Below, one piece after another: positions 38,023-49,221 of a stretch of 64,000 bases of DNA. The DNA is from Scyliorhinus canicula. Lineage: Eukaryota. The position numbers were made by a program, and so were the translations under genes. Position 1 is the stretch's first letter. Every line of letters begins with the position of its first letter. The notes below the pieces were generated by a model, which searched no databases, was not told where the DNA came from, and saw only the letters and a list, made by a program, of their open reading frames with translations. The stretch covers positions 9,560,018 through 9,624,017 of the forward strand of contig NC_052159.1 of NCBI RefSeq assembly GCF_902713615.1, in the 5' to 3' direction.

Positions 38023-39029
38023 GAGGTTTCACCCTCATTCTTGCACTGTGAACAATTGAGACTTTCTGTTTTGATCTCTTGAGCTACCTTTCAAACTCTT
38101 ATGGGCTGAGACAGCCTGTGAGGTTCAATTATATTTTAAGAATACACCCTGTAATCTGATCCTACAATGGACTGTAGCACACATTTCCACGGCATGAATC
38201 ACATGGACCTTGTATCCAGGTAGAAGTGCTAATTAGCTATTTGTAGACTTGCAAATTGATTCTCTCTTGAAACCAATAGATAGTTTAAAGTATAACCATT
38301 TATAACACCTGACGTTCCTAAAAACATGCTCGGTCTTTAGAGACTATCAGTCTGTCCACCAATTAAGGAGCAATTTAGCATGGCCAGTCCACCTACCCTG
38401 CACACCTTTGGGTTGTGGGGGGCAGCGTGGTGGTGCAGTGGTTTGCACTGCTGTGTCACGGCGCCGAGGTCCCAGGTTCGATCCCGGCTCTGGGTCACTG
38501 TCCGTCACAGATGCTGTTGTCATTGTTTACAGGCATGAACACCTTACACATTCATCCAATAAAACAACACAGTGTCCATCTTTAAGCTTGAATTCCCAAG
38601 CCATCTAGGCTTGCTGTGTGTGAAACCTGAAAATCCTATAAGATTGTAACTTGTAACTGTTGTAATGTACCACAGGTAATAATCAACTTCCATCAGCCTA
38701 TCACCAACTCCAGTAATTCTGGTACTGATTCAGCTCTAATATGACATTTCAAATTGTGGGAAAGGGTATGAGTTGCCAATGCTATGTGGGAGAGAGGATT
38801 TGACGCACAAATGATGCAGAAATAATGTGTGGACCGTTGCAGCTTGTTTTCTGCTGCAGAATGTTTTGGAATCTCAAGAGGCAACTTCAGCAACCCTTTT
38901 GTCTTTGGTTTAGATGTGTGGCTTAAGTTCTAGCATTACTTATGATGCTGTTCCACTCATTGTCTTGGACTACATAAAAGGAATGGAACCCAGCATGCAG
39001 AAAATCCTCCTCATAAAATCACAAACATA

Positions 39030-39830
39030 AAAACATAAGAACTAGGAGCAGGAGTAGGCCATCTGGCCCCTCGAGCCTGCTCCACCATTCAATGAGATCA
39101 TGGTTGATCTTTTGTGGACTCAGCTCCACTTTCCAGCCCGAACACCATAACCCTTAATCCCTCTATTCTTCAAAAAACTATCTATCTTTACCTTAAAAAC
39201 ATTTCTTAGGTTACTTCAATGACGGAGATTGATTGGAGAAGTTGGGACTCATTTCCTTGGAGAAGAGAAAGTTGAGGGCAGGTTTGACAGAGGTATTCAA
39301 AACCATGAGGGGCCTGGATAGAGAGGATAGGGAAAACTGTTCCCACTCATGCAAGATCGAGAATGGGAAGGCACCAGTTTAAGGTAATGGGCAAAAGAAG
39401 AAGTAGAGACATTAGGAGAAACTTTTCCACACTGAAAATTGTTAAGAGCCAAGTGTGTGGTGGAGGCAGGTAGAATGTCGCCTGGCCTGGAGAGTTTCAG
39501 CTCTCAGGAGGCTGGTTACGCTGGGGTTGGTTTCCTTGGAGCAGAGAAGGCTGAAGGAGGCCTGGTTGAGGTGTATAACATCATGAGGGATGTAGATAGG
39601 GTGGACAGGACGGAACATCTCCTTTCGCAGAGGGGTCAATAACCAGGAGCATAGATTTAAGGTAAGGGACAGGTGGTTTAGAGGGTATGTGAGGCATTTG
39701 AAATGCCATTGCATACGAGGCTACGGACCAAGTGCTGGAAAATGGGATTGGAGTAGAGAGGTGCTTGATGGCCGGCGCATGCATGATGGGCTGAAGGGCC
39801 TCTTTTCATGTTATAAAAACTCTATGACTC
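39030..39830. mobile_element. Cluster of CR1 3' fragments in both orientations
   Basis: cataagaactaggagcaggagtaggcc tail on the minus strand, and decayed LERRKLRAGLTEVFK-type coding on the plus strand. Confidence 0.7.
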
Positions 39831-40809
39831 GTTAAGTTCAATCAAGGCGATACGAGGAATCGGATTACTTTTATAAATTAAAAAAAAATAAGTTTAGAGT
39901 ACCCAATTATTTTTTTCCAATTAAGGGGCATTTTATCCCCTTACCCTGCACATCTTCGGTTGCAGGGGTGAGACCCACGCAGAAACGGGGAGAATCCACA
40001 CGGACAACGACCCAGGGCCGGGATTGAACCCAAGTCCTCAGCGCTGCAGGCAGCAGTGCTAACCACTGTGCCATCCTGCTGCCCTAGAGGAATTGGATTA
40101 CTTATCTGAAAAGGAAAAATGTGCAGGGTTACAGGGATAAATTGGGAGCATTGTAGTAGGCGCAGAGACGATGGGCCAATTGGCCTTCTTCTGTGCTGTA
40201 ATTCTGATTTGGTGAACAATGGAGTATGATGGTGCATTGGTTAAGTTACTGGATTGGTCATCTAAAGATAGGGGATCATGTTACTGGCCTGGTCATCTAA
40301 AGATAGGGGATCAAATTCCATTTTGGTAGTTTGAGAATTTAATTTCAATTTTCAAAAATCAGTAAAAGAGGTTCTGAAGCTGTTGGGTCTTTATAAAAAT
40401 GAACTAATGTTGTTCAGTGGAAGGAAAAACCCCAGCCTTATCCAGTCTGACCTGAGTGTGATTTCAATCCTACACCAATTTTAAATTTTAAATTTAGAGT
40501 ACCCAATTAATTTTTTCCAATTAAGGGGCAATTTAGCGTGTTCAATCCACCTACCTTGCACATCTTTGGGTTGTGGGGGCGAAACCCACGCAAACACGGG
40601 GAGAATGTGCAAACTCCACACGGACAGTGACCCAGAGCCGGGATCGAACCTGGGACCTCAGCGCCGTGAGACTGCAGTGCTAACCTACTGAGCCACCGTG
40701 CTATAGAATTCACTGTTAACTGCCCTCATAAGTGGTCAGTGGGATTAAAATATAATAGGAGCAGGAATATGCTATTCTGCTCATCGAGACAATAAGATCA
40801 TGGCTGAAA

Positions 40810-41760
40810 TTACAACCAGGTGAGAAGGGGTCGAATGGATACCCTCTTTGCCCTCTTCTTGTTTGACCACAACAACCTTTTTTGGTTTGAAAGGGGAATA
40901 CTTTGCAATTAGTGAATGCTTCAGTATTTACACACTGTGATCATAAAGTAGCCAATAGGATAGGCTTTCTTGAGTTCAACAAAGAAAACTTTATGATACT
41001 TAAAGTGGCCTAAGTAAAATAATAAAATACGCTCTGTCTCTCACACAGTCACATGCACACATGAAATTCATACGTACAAATACAGATTACAAAGTGGGGA
41101 AGAAATAGGTTGTCCAAATTAGAGTCCATAAATTATTTTGTAGTTTGGTGACTTGGCTGGCTTCAGACTCAATTCGATGCAGCCGATTTTAAAAATGTAG
41201 ATGATCCCAGTCGGTTGTTCTGCGGGAGATGGTAGTGCTGGGTTGGATTCTTGTAAAAAATCCTTGTCTACAGCAGGACGCCATGGATGATGACAGTCGA
41301 CGAACAGTGGTTCAAAGATAACCAGGCGGGTTTGAGGAAAAAGGCGGCAGGAGGTGCCACATTTAGGTCTTCTCCCTACTTGTCCTCAACTCTGCTGAGA
41401 AAACATGTGCTTAAAACATGTAGAGAGTTGGCTTGACATGTGACCTTTCATTTCCAAGTACCGTGGAGATTCAAAAAAAGTCATTGTCCACGTATTCCAA
41501 AGGTGCCTTGATTAGCTCATATCTTTTCAATAAGATTCTGACTAATGTTACAACCAGGTGAGGAGGGGTCAATGACACCCCTCTTTGTCATCTCCTTGTT
41601 TCACCACAGCAGGTTTTTGCGTGGGAAGGATATTCTTACCAAATTAGTGATGGCCAGGGTTCCATTGTCCCTTCAACTAGTCTTAATGGCTAGTCTCCAA
41701 CAGTTGAATATTTCAGGTGATTGACATGGACGCCTTCCTAATGAGACAGGAGATTATGAG
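40810..41760. repeat. LTR-like remnant with a duplicated terminus (about 40810-40885 and 41546-41620)
   Basis: ttacaaccaggtgagraggggtc...ccctctttg...ttgttt.accaca occurs twice. Confidence 0.45.
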
Positions 41761-41794
41761 TCCTTCATAGAGATGGTCCACGGAGATCTGATAT

Positions 41795-43795
41795 GGGACC
41801 ATAATTATTTACAATACATATTAAGGACTTAAACAACAGAAGTGAATGCACTGTTGCCAAGTTTGCTGTTGACACAAATGTGGCCAAACGGAAACCTGAG
41901 ATGGCGTCCTGCAAAGGACGTTGGGAAATTTAGCCAAGTACAGAACAAGCAGGTTGCAGTTTAAATAAATATTGATGAGCAAGCTGCAGCCTAGACATCA
42001 CAATACACAGGAAAAAGGCCATCTCCAGGCCATCCCAGGCACAATAGAACTATCCAGTCAATTACGCTTGTTCACCAAACACAGCAGCACCTATACTCCT
42101 TATTTGGAAACCAATGCCCCTAACACCTGCAGACATGGCCGGTGAGTGCACACCCCAAAAATCGATGTGGCAGCCCCTGATTGGACTTGATCGATGAGGG
42201 TGATCGAACACTGATCAGTTGATTAGAAATGACCCAGGGACCGCCCAAAAGGGCGCAAAATCTTTGAAGGTAAAAGGTGCCGCACCACCTTGGAATCTCT
42301 TTCTGCAGCAGCCAGCAACAGGAACAGAACAACGGTAATCTTCACCGGCCACTACAAGAAGGACCATCACACCACCAATGGAAGGACGACCAGAGCCAGA
42401 GTATCAGACCAAGCCAAGGACCAAACATCGAGGACGACAGAAACCAACTCACGGATAAAGGCCAATATCTGTTTGGGTACATGTCGGTCACTCAAAATTA
42501 AGTCAAAGTCTAGTATTGCACTTTAGCATTCTGTAGTATAACTTACACTGATAGTGTGATTGACGTTAACATTGTGTATGTGAGGGCAGCACGGTGGCAC
42601 AGTGGTTAGCATTGCTGCCTACGGCGCTGAGGACCTGGGTTCGAATCCCGGCCCTGGGTCACTGTCGGTGTGGAGTTTGCACATTCTCCCCGTGTCTGCG
42701 TGGGTTTCGCCTTCACAACCCAAAGATGTGCAGGTTAGGTGGATTGGCCACATTAAATTGCCCCTTAATTGGAAAAAATAATTGGGAACTCTAAATTTAT
42801 AAAACAAAAGAAAAAAAAACATTGTGTGTGTGTGAATAAAGACTATTTATTTAAAACAAAGTCAACTCGCAGTCCACAGCATACGGGTTAAAGACACACT
42901 GGTAGCAACACAAAAATAGGTGGAAAGGTAAGTATTGAAGATGACACAAAGAGTCGACAGAGGCATTTAGGTGAGTGGGCAAAACTTGGCAGATGAAATA
43001 TAGTGGAGGAAAATGTGAAATTATGCACTTTGGTTGAAAGAATAAAGGAGCTGAATACATTTAAATGGCGAAAATGTCTGCAACACAGAGGGATTTGGAT
43101 ATCCTCCTACGTAAATCGCGAAAAGCTAGCATGCAAGTTCAGCAGATAATAGGGGTGGCAAATGGAATGTTGGCCTTTATTTCAAAGGGAATTGAGTATA
43201 AAACAAAGGAAGTCATGCTAAAACTATACAAGGCACTAGTTAGACCGTACCTGGAATATTGTGAACAGTTTTGGTTCCCTTATCTAAGCAAAGGTTTACT
43301 GGTATTGGAGGCCATCCAGAGAAGGTTCACCAGGCTGATCCCGGGTAAGGAGGGATTTTCTTATGAGGCGAGGTTGAGTAGGTTGGGATTGTACTTATTG
43401 GCGTTTCAAAGAATGAGAGGCAACCTTATTGAGACATATAGGATTCTCAGGAGGCTTGACAGGATAGATGGAGCAAAGTTGTTTCCCCCTGTGGGGCAGT
43501 CTAGGACCAGAGGGCATAATCTCAGAGTAAGGGGTTCCCCATTTAAGACGGGGATGATGAGGAATTTCTTCTCAGAGGGTTATGAATCTGTGGAATTTTT
43601 TTACCGCAGAGGGCTGTGGAAGCTGGGTCATTCGATATGTTCAAGGCTGAGTTAGACAGATTATTAATCAGTAAAGGATTCAAGGATTATAGGGATAAGG
43701 TGGGAAAGTGGAGTTGAAGATTATCATATTAGATCAGTCATGATCTCAATGAATGGCGGATCAGACCTCTGCTCCTACATGTTATGGTCTTATGG
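41795..43795 (+). mobile_element. Decayed CR1 LINE interrupted by a solo LTR
   Basis: AKFAVDT|KIGG is split at 41878/42911. The ORF at 43065-43655 has LYKALVRPYLEYCEQFW; CR1-type 3' UTR. Confidence 0.88.
41879..42910 (+). mobile_element. Solo LTR (TG...CA) with nested poly(A)-tailed SINE (42584-42819)
   Basis: Termini TGTGG...CAACA, 4-bp TSD CAAA on both sides, AATAAA at 42835. It precisely interrupts the CR1 RT. Confidence 0.8.
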
Positions 43796-43863
43796 ACAAT
43801 AATATAGCCAGCAATGCCCACATCCTCTAAATTAATTAAATAAAATACACCCCTGAAGTCATT

Positions 43864-45312
43864 GGGCGGAATTCTCCGCTTGCGGGAAAAATCGGGAGGG
43901 CCGTCGTGAACTCGGCTGAGTTTCACGACGGCCTCGGAGGCCGCTCCTCGCTCCCTATTCTCCCCTCCTGGCGGGGCTAGGAGCGGTGCTCCGTAAGTCT
44001 CTCGGCCGCGGAGGCGTCGCGCCAAGAATGACGCGGCCGGCGCGCCTAATGACGTCAGCCGCGCATGCGCAGGTTGGCCGGGTCCAACCCGTGCATGCGC
44101 GGCTGACGTCATGACGCTGACGGCACGAACCCGCGCATGCGCGGTGGCCGTCTTTCCCCTCAGCTGCCCTGCAAGACGTGGCGGCTTGATCTTGCGGGGC
44201 GGCGAAGGGGAAATAGTGGGCGCGATTCTCCCAAAACGGGAGAAATCGTAAGGCTGGCGTCAAACCCGGGCGGGTTTGACACCAGCGCGCCCCTTCCCGA
44301 CCGGGAACCGATTCTGGTCCCCGGTCGGGGCTAGCAGCCCGACGCCGCAAGCTCCGGCATCACGGGCTTAACGAATTTCTTGCCAGAGTTAGCGCCGGCT
44401 GACGCGTCATATGACGTCAGCCGCGCATGCGCGGATTGGAAGACTCCAACCCGCGCATGCGCGGATGACGTCATCGCGTATTTGCGCGAAACCCGCGCAT
44501 GCGCGGGCCGGGATGCCCCTCAGCCGCCCCGCGAATGGATACTGCGGGGCGGCGGAAGGACAAATAGTGCGCGGGCATCGGGCCCGCTGCCCGCGATCGG
44601 TGCCCACCGATCGCGGGCCCATGGCACCCTTGGCACGGCCGTGGTACTGCCGTGCCAATCGGTGCCATGGTTATAAAAAGCGAGTTAATCACGCCGTTTT
44701 TACGAACGGCCAGACCAGGTGTGTTTGCCGTTCGTAAAAACAGCGTAAAGGGCTGGGACTTCGGCCCATCGAACAGCTGTGAATCGCTGCCGGCCGTAAA
44801 AAAACGGCGGCAGCGATTCATGTCGGGAGTTGGGCGGGGGGGGGGAGAATAGCGGGAGGGCGGGAAAAATGTCGGGAAGGCCCTCCCGCTATTCTCCGAC
44901 CCGTCGTGGGGGTCGGAGAATTTCGCCCAGTGCGTCCGATTTGGACGCCGGCCCGATGATCGGTGGGCACCGATCGCGGGCCTGTCGCCTCCCGAGCACA
45001 GTCGTGGTGCTCTTTCCTTGCTAGGCCACCTGCAAGCCCCAAACGGGCTTCTCACTCCCGTTTCACGACGGCAGCAACCAGGTGTGTTTGCTGCCATCGT
45101 GAAACGGCCGCGAACGGCAGGCCGCTCGGCCCATCCGGGTGGGAGAATCGCCGTTCGCCGTGAAAAACGGTGAGCGGCGATTCTTCCGAGCTGGGGCGGG
45201 GGGGGGGGGGGGGGGGGGGGAGAATCGTGGGGGGCGCCAGAGGGGCGTGAAATTTGTTGGGGGGGCCTCCAGCGATTCTCCCACCCGGCGTGGGGAGCGG
45301 AGAATCGCGCCC
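43864..45312. mobile_element. PIF/Harbinger-type MITE (outer), GC/CpG-rich
   Basis: TIRs GGGCGGAATTCTCC...GGAGAATCGCGCCC and 3-bp TSD ATT (43861-43863, 45313-45315). Confidence 0.85.
44218..44928. mobile_element. PIF/Harbinger-type MITE (inner, nested)
   Basis: TIRs GGGCGCGATTCTCC...GGAGAATTTCGCCC and 3-bp TSD AGT (44215-44217, 44929-44931). Confidence 0.85.
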
Positions 45313-46296
45313 ATTATCTTTGACAATGTTTTGCAGACAGATATCTTTTGACTGTAGGAGGAAACCGAAGCACCCGGAGGAAACCCACGCAAACACGGGG
45401 AGAAAGTGCAAACTCCACACAGTCACCCAAGGCCAGAATTGAATCTGGATCCCTGGCGCTTTGAGGCAGCAGTGCTAACTACTGTGCCGTTCAGGTAAGG
45501 TTGGCAGATTTCCTTCCCTAAAGGGATATTAGTGAATCAGTCTTGTTCTTCTTTGGCGATCACTCGATAACAAATACGGTTGTCTCCCTAAGAAGTTCCA
45601 TGTTACTGGTCACGGGTTCTGTGGATTTCTGCATGACCCATGAACCCAATCCTAGAGCTGCATCTTTGGCTGCACACTTGGCAGATATTTCCGGGAGGTG
45701 GGATCGGTCCTTGGTATCTAGATTGCTGGTATTCCTTTCTCAGGCTCTTTTTCCGGCCTCCTCTTGCTGTCGGGGGGCCTCGAAGAATTCTCTCCCTTCA
45801 ATCAGGAAGTTTCTCCAAGTCTTCTTCTTGGGCAGTCTCTCAGCTTTTACGTGGTTGAAGAGTTCAATTCTGGATCCACAGACTCTGCCACAGGATGCTT
45901 CTTCTCCAGTTTGTGCGTTCTAAAGCAAGCGATTCCCACGTGTCGATGGGAATGTTGCAATTATTTACAGAAGCTTTCAGAGTGTTCTTGTAGCGTTTCC
46001 TCTGCCCTCCTAGTGATCACTTGCTATTGTGGAGCTTGGAACACCTGTTTCTGGGTCCTGTGTTGGGCATGTGGACAATGTAGTCTGCCCATTGCAGCTG
46101 GCCGAGCGTGACCAGTGCCTCGATTCTGGGGATATTGGCCTGGGAGATGACGCTCACGTTGGTATACCTACCAATGGATTTGCAGGATTTTGTGGCAGCA
46201 GCGGTGGTGATAAAACCCCAGGGTTTTAAGGTGTTGCTGTACATTGTCCACGTTTCTGATGCATATAGGAGGGCAGGGACCACGGCTGCTCTGTAG

Positions 46297-47184
46297 TGTT
46301 GCCAATCGGCACCGGAGACGCCAATAATGTTGCTCTTTTTAACTGGATACTGATATGACAGTTATTAATGATGATATTGCTTTTCAGAGTCGCCAAGTAT
46401 CAAATGATACCACCACAAGGCTTTACCGGATATCAATCAAAGACCAAACAACCAGTTAGTCATTTCAAGTTCAATGATAGTTTATTTACACACAAGAATT
46501 ACTTTGACATGCAACATAAAACACTGCAACCTAAATTACACCTAACAGTACAACAACCTGTACTTAACTTCAGGCACCTGGCTTTATGCAGAGGAACAAG
46601 GCCTTTGTTCGGATTTTGCGTAGCTGGGTAAGGAGAAGTGACTTCATTTCTGCTGGGCTCATCCGTCTGGTAGTGATCGTTGGTCTTGAACTTGTCTTCT
46701 GGTCGTGATGCTGCACTTGGTTTTAGGCGTAGGTCGGGGCCAAGAGAGACTGAACACATGGTAGCGTCTCTCTTTATCCTTCTGGGGTTTTGCGCTCTTT
46801 TGGGCGGTCCTTAGCTTTGGACCCAATAATTCGTCAGGCTTCGATTACTGCCTTCGATTTTGGCCAATAAAGGGGCGGGTGCCTTGATGGCAGGGCGTGT
46901 CCTGAGCGGTCATTGACCGTGGCTTTTTGGGCTCCCTGAACAAGGGAGTGGCGCCGATGAGTCTGTTTCTGTATCTGTTACCTGAGTACAGGTCTTTTGT
47001 TCTGGGAAATGGCCCATTAGAATGCAAAGCAGCTGGGGGTTTCAATTGCATCTAGTTATCTGAGTTGCCAATATACATAAGCTCTGAGCGTCTTGAGTCC
47101 TAGGTTGACCATATTTCCCATGGTCCTTTGCAGGTGGCCATATTTCCCTGGATCATTTGTAAGTGGCCAGCCCAGGTGGATACA
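46297..47184 (-). mobile_element. Probable solo LTR
   Basis: TGTT...TACA termini interrupt the RTE frame. Minus-strand AATAAA near 46481; imperfect GTAG/TTAG flanks. Confidence 0.65.
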
Positions 47185-47189
47185 TTAGC

Positions 47190-48011
47190 TTGGGGTCTTG
47201 GGGGAGCTTAGTGTCTGATTGGTTGAAGCTGCCCCCACCCTAATTGCTGAGAGGCAGTTATCTGTCAATCACCTGAGGCCTGTTTAGGGGCACATTGTAT
47301 TCTTCTCTTTGAAGTTAAGGTATTTTTTGAGTCATCGGTTAGCTGAGGTCTGTATAAAAGACAGACAGACAGCGCACACAGTAAGCGAGCACTTTTCCAG
47401 GAGACTCATCCGGAGTGAGACTCATACAGAGTGGGAGATTGAAACTTGGTAATTTGGTGCAAAAAAAAAGTACTTGAGAAAGGACGTACTGGCGCTGGAG
47501 GGTGTGCAGAGGAGATTCACTAGGTTAATCCCAGAGCTGAAGGGGCTGGATTATGAGGAGAGGTTGAGTAGACTGGGACTGTACTCGTTGGAATTTAGAA
47601 GGATGAGGGGGGATCTTATAGAAACATTTAAAATTATGAAGGGAATAGATAGGATAGATGCGGGCAGGTTGTTTCCACTGGCGGGTGACAGCAGAACTAG
47701 GGGACATAGCCTCAAAATAAGGGGAAGTAGATTTAGGACTGAGTTTAGGAGGAACTTCTTCACCCAAAGGGTTGTGAATCTATGGAATTCCTTGCCCAGT
47801 GAAGCAGTTGAGGCTCCTTCATTACATGTTTTTAAGGTAAAGATAGATAGTTTTTTGAAGAATAAAGGGATTAAGGGTTATGGTGTTCGGGCTGGAAAGT
47901 GGAGCTGAGTCCACAAAAGATCAGCCATGATCTCATTGAATGGTGGAGCAGGCTCGAGGGCCAGATGGCCTACTCCTGCTCCTAGTTCTTATGTTCTTAT
48001 GTTCTTATGTT
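47190..48011 (+). mobile_element. CR1 3' end (47470-48011, young) preceded by a possible CR1 5' UTR segment
   Basis: ORF 47474-47908 RKDVLALEGVQRRFTRLIP... and a (TTCTTATG)n tail. cttgg is duplicated at the flanks. The identity of 47190-47460 is uncertain. Confidence 0.8.
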
Positions 48012-48340
48012 CTTGGTGCTGGATTTGAGGTCTCGGTCTTCGAACACTCTGTTCCTCAGGCGTCGAAGATGGCACTTGCACATTGGAGTCGATGCTGGAT
48101 TTCATTGTCGATGTCTGCTCGCGCCGAGAGGAGGCTCCTGCGATATGGGAAATGATCCACATTGTCCAGGGGTTCACCGTGGATCTTGATTGTTATTGTC
48201 TCATTGCTGATGGTGGGAAATTGCTGTGTAGCAGGGGATCCGCCCAACAAACAAAACTTCCTTGGCTGTAAAAACGCCGTGGGAGTTCGGAATGCCACTG
48301 GAGAAGTTCTCCGTAGGTCCAGGCTAATGGTCTGGGGACA

Positions 48341-48510
48341 TAAACAGAAAACCCTGGAAAATCTCAGCAGGTCTGACAGCTTTGACGAAGAGTTATTCAG
48401 GTTCGAAACGTTTGCTCTGTTCTCTCTCTCCACAGATGTTGTCAGACCTGCTGAGATTTTCCAGCATTTTCGTTTTCAGATTCCAACACCTGCAGTAATT
48501 TGCTTTTATC
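48341..48510. mobile_element. Second Penelope-like fold-back family; related arms at about 6540-6630/7365-7500 and about 57200-57555
   Basis: ctggaaaatctcagcaggtctgaca is inverted as tgtcagacctgctgagattttccag. Degenerate TGACGA...GAAACGTT core. Confidence 0.65.
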
Positions 48511-49221
48511 CTAATGCTCCGGGGTCAGGGATTCAAATGACAGTGGCTGGTGGGATTTAAATGCAATTGAAAAAAAATATGAGGCCAGCAGTTCTGCACT
48601 GTGAATTCTATGAACAGCACCGTGGTGCAGTGGTTAGCACTGGGACTACGGCGCTGAGGATCCGGGTTCAATCCCGGCCCCGTGTCACTGTCCGTGTGGA
48701 GTTTGCACATTCTCTCCGTGTCTGCGTGGGTTTCATCCCCACAACCCAATGATGTGCAGGTTAGGTGGTTTGGCCACGCTAAATTGCCCCTTGATTGGAA
48801 AAAACTAATTAAAAAAAAAATTAAATTAAAAAAAATCTGAGATTGAAAAATAGTCTCAGGTAGTCTCATGGTGGCCATGAAATGTTTTCTTTTATTTTTT
48901 TTTCTAAATTTAGTGTACCCAATTAATTATTTTTCCAATTAAGGGGCAATTTAGCGTGGCCAATCCACCTACGCTGCACATCTTTGGGTTGTGGGGGCGA
49001 AAGCCACGCAGACACAGGGAGAATGTGCAAACTCCACACGGACAGTGACCCAGAGCTGGGATTGAACCTGGGACCTCGGCGCCGTGAGGCAGCAGGGCTA
49101 ACCCACTGTGCCACCGCGCTGCCCTTGGTGGCCATGAAATGATCATCGATTGTTGGATGAACCCATCTAGTTCACTAATGTCCCTTACCTAATCACAGTA
49201 ATGTGGTTAACTCTTAACTGC

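Larger units (their letters stand above)
45543..48335 (-). mobile_element. RTE-clade LINE remnant (45543-46296 and 48012-48335) split by a solo LTR and a CR1
   Basis: HFPYRRSLLSARADIDNEIQHRLQCAS...DLKSSTK resumes as YRAAVVPALLYASETWT, then QLQWADYIVHMP. Confidence 0.85.

Noticed and set aside
43864-45312. CpG island as the promoter of an unannotated gene
   Set aside because: It is fully explained by two nested MITEs with TIRs and TSDs, and no adjacent exon was recognised.
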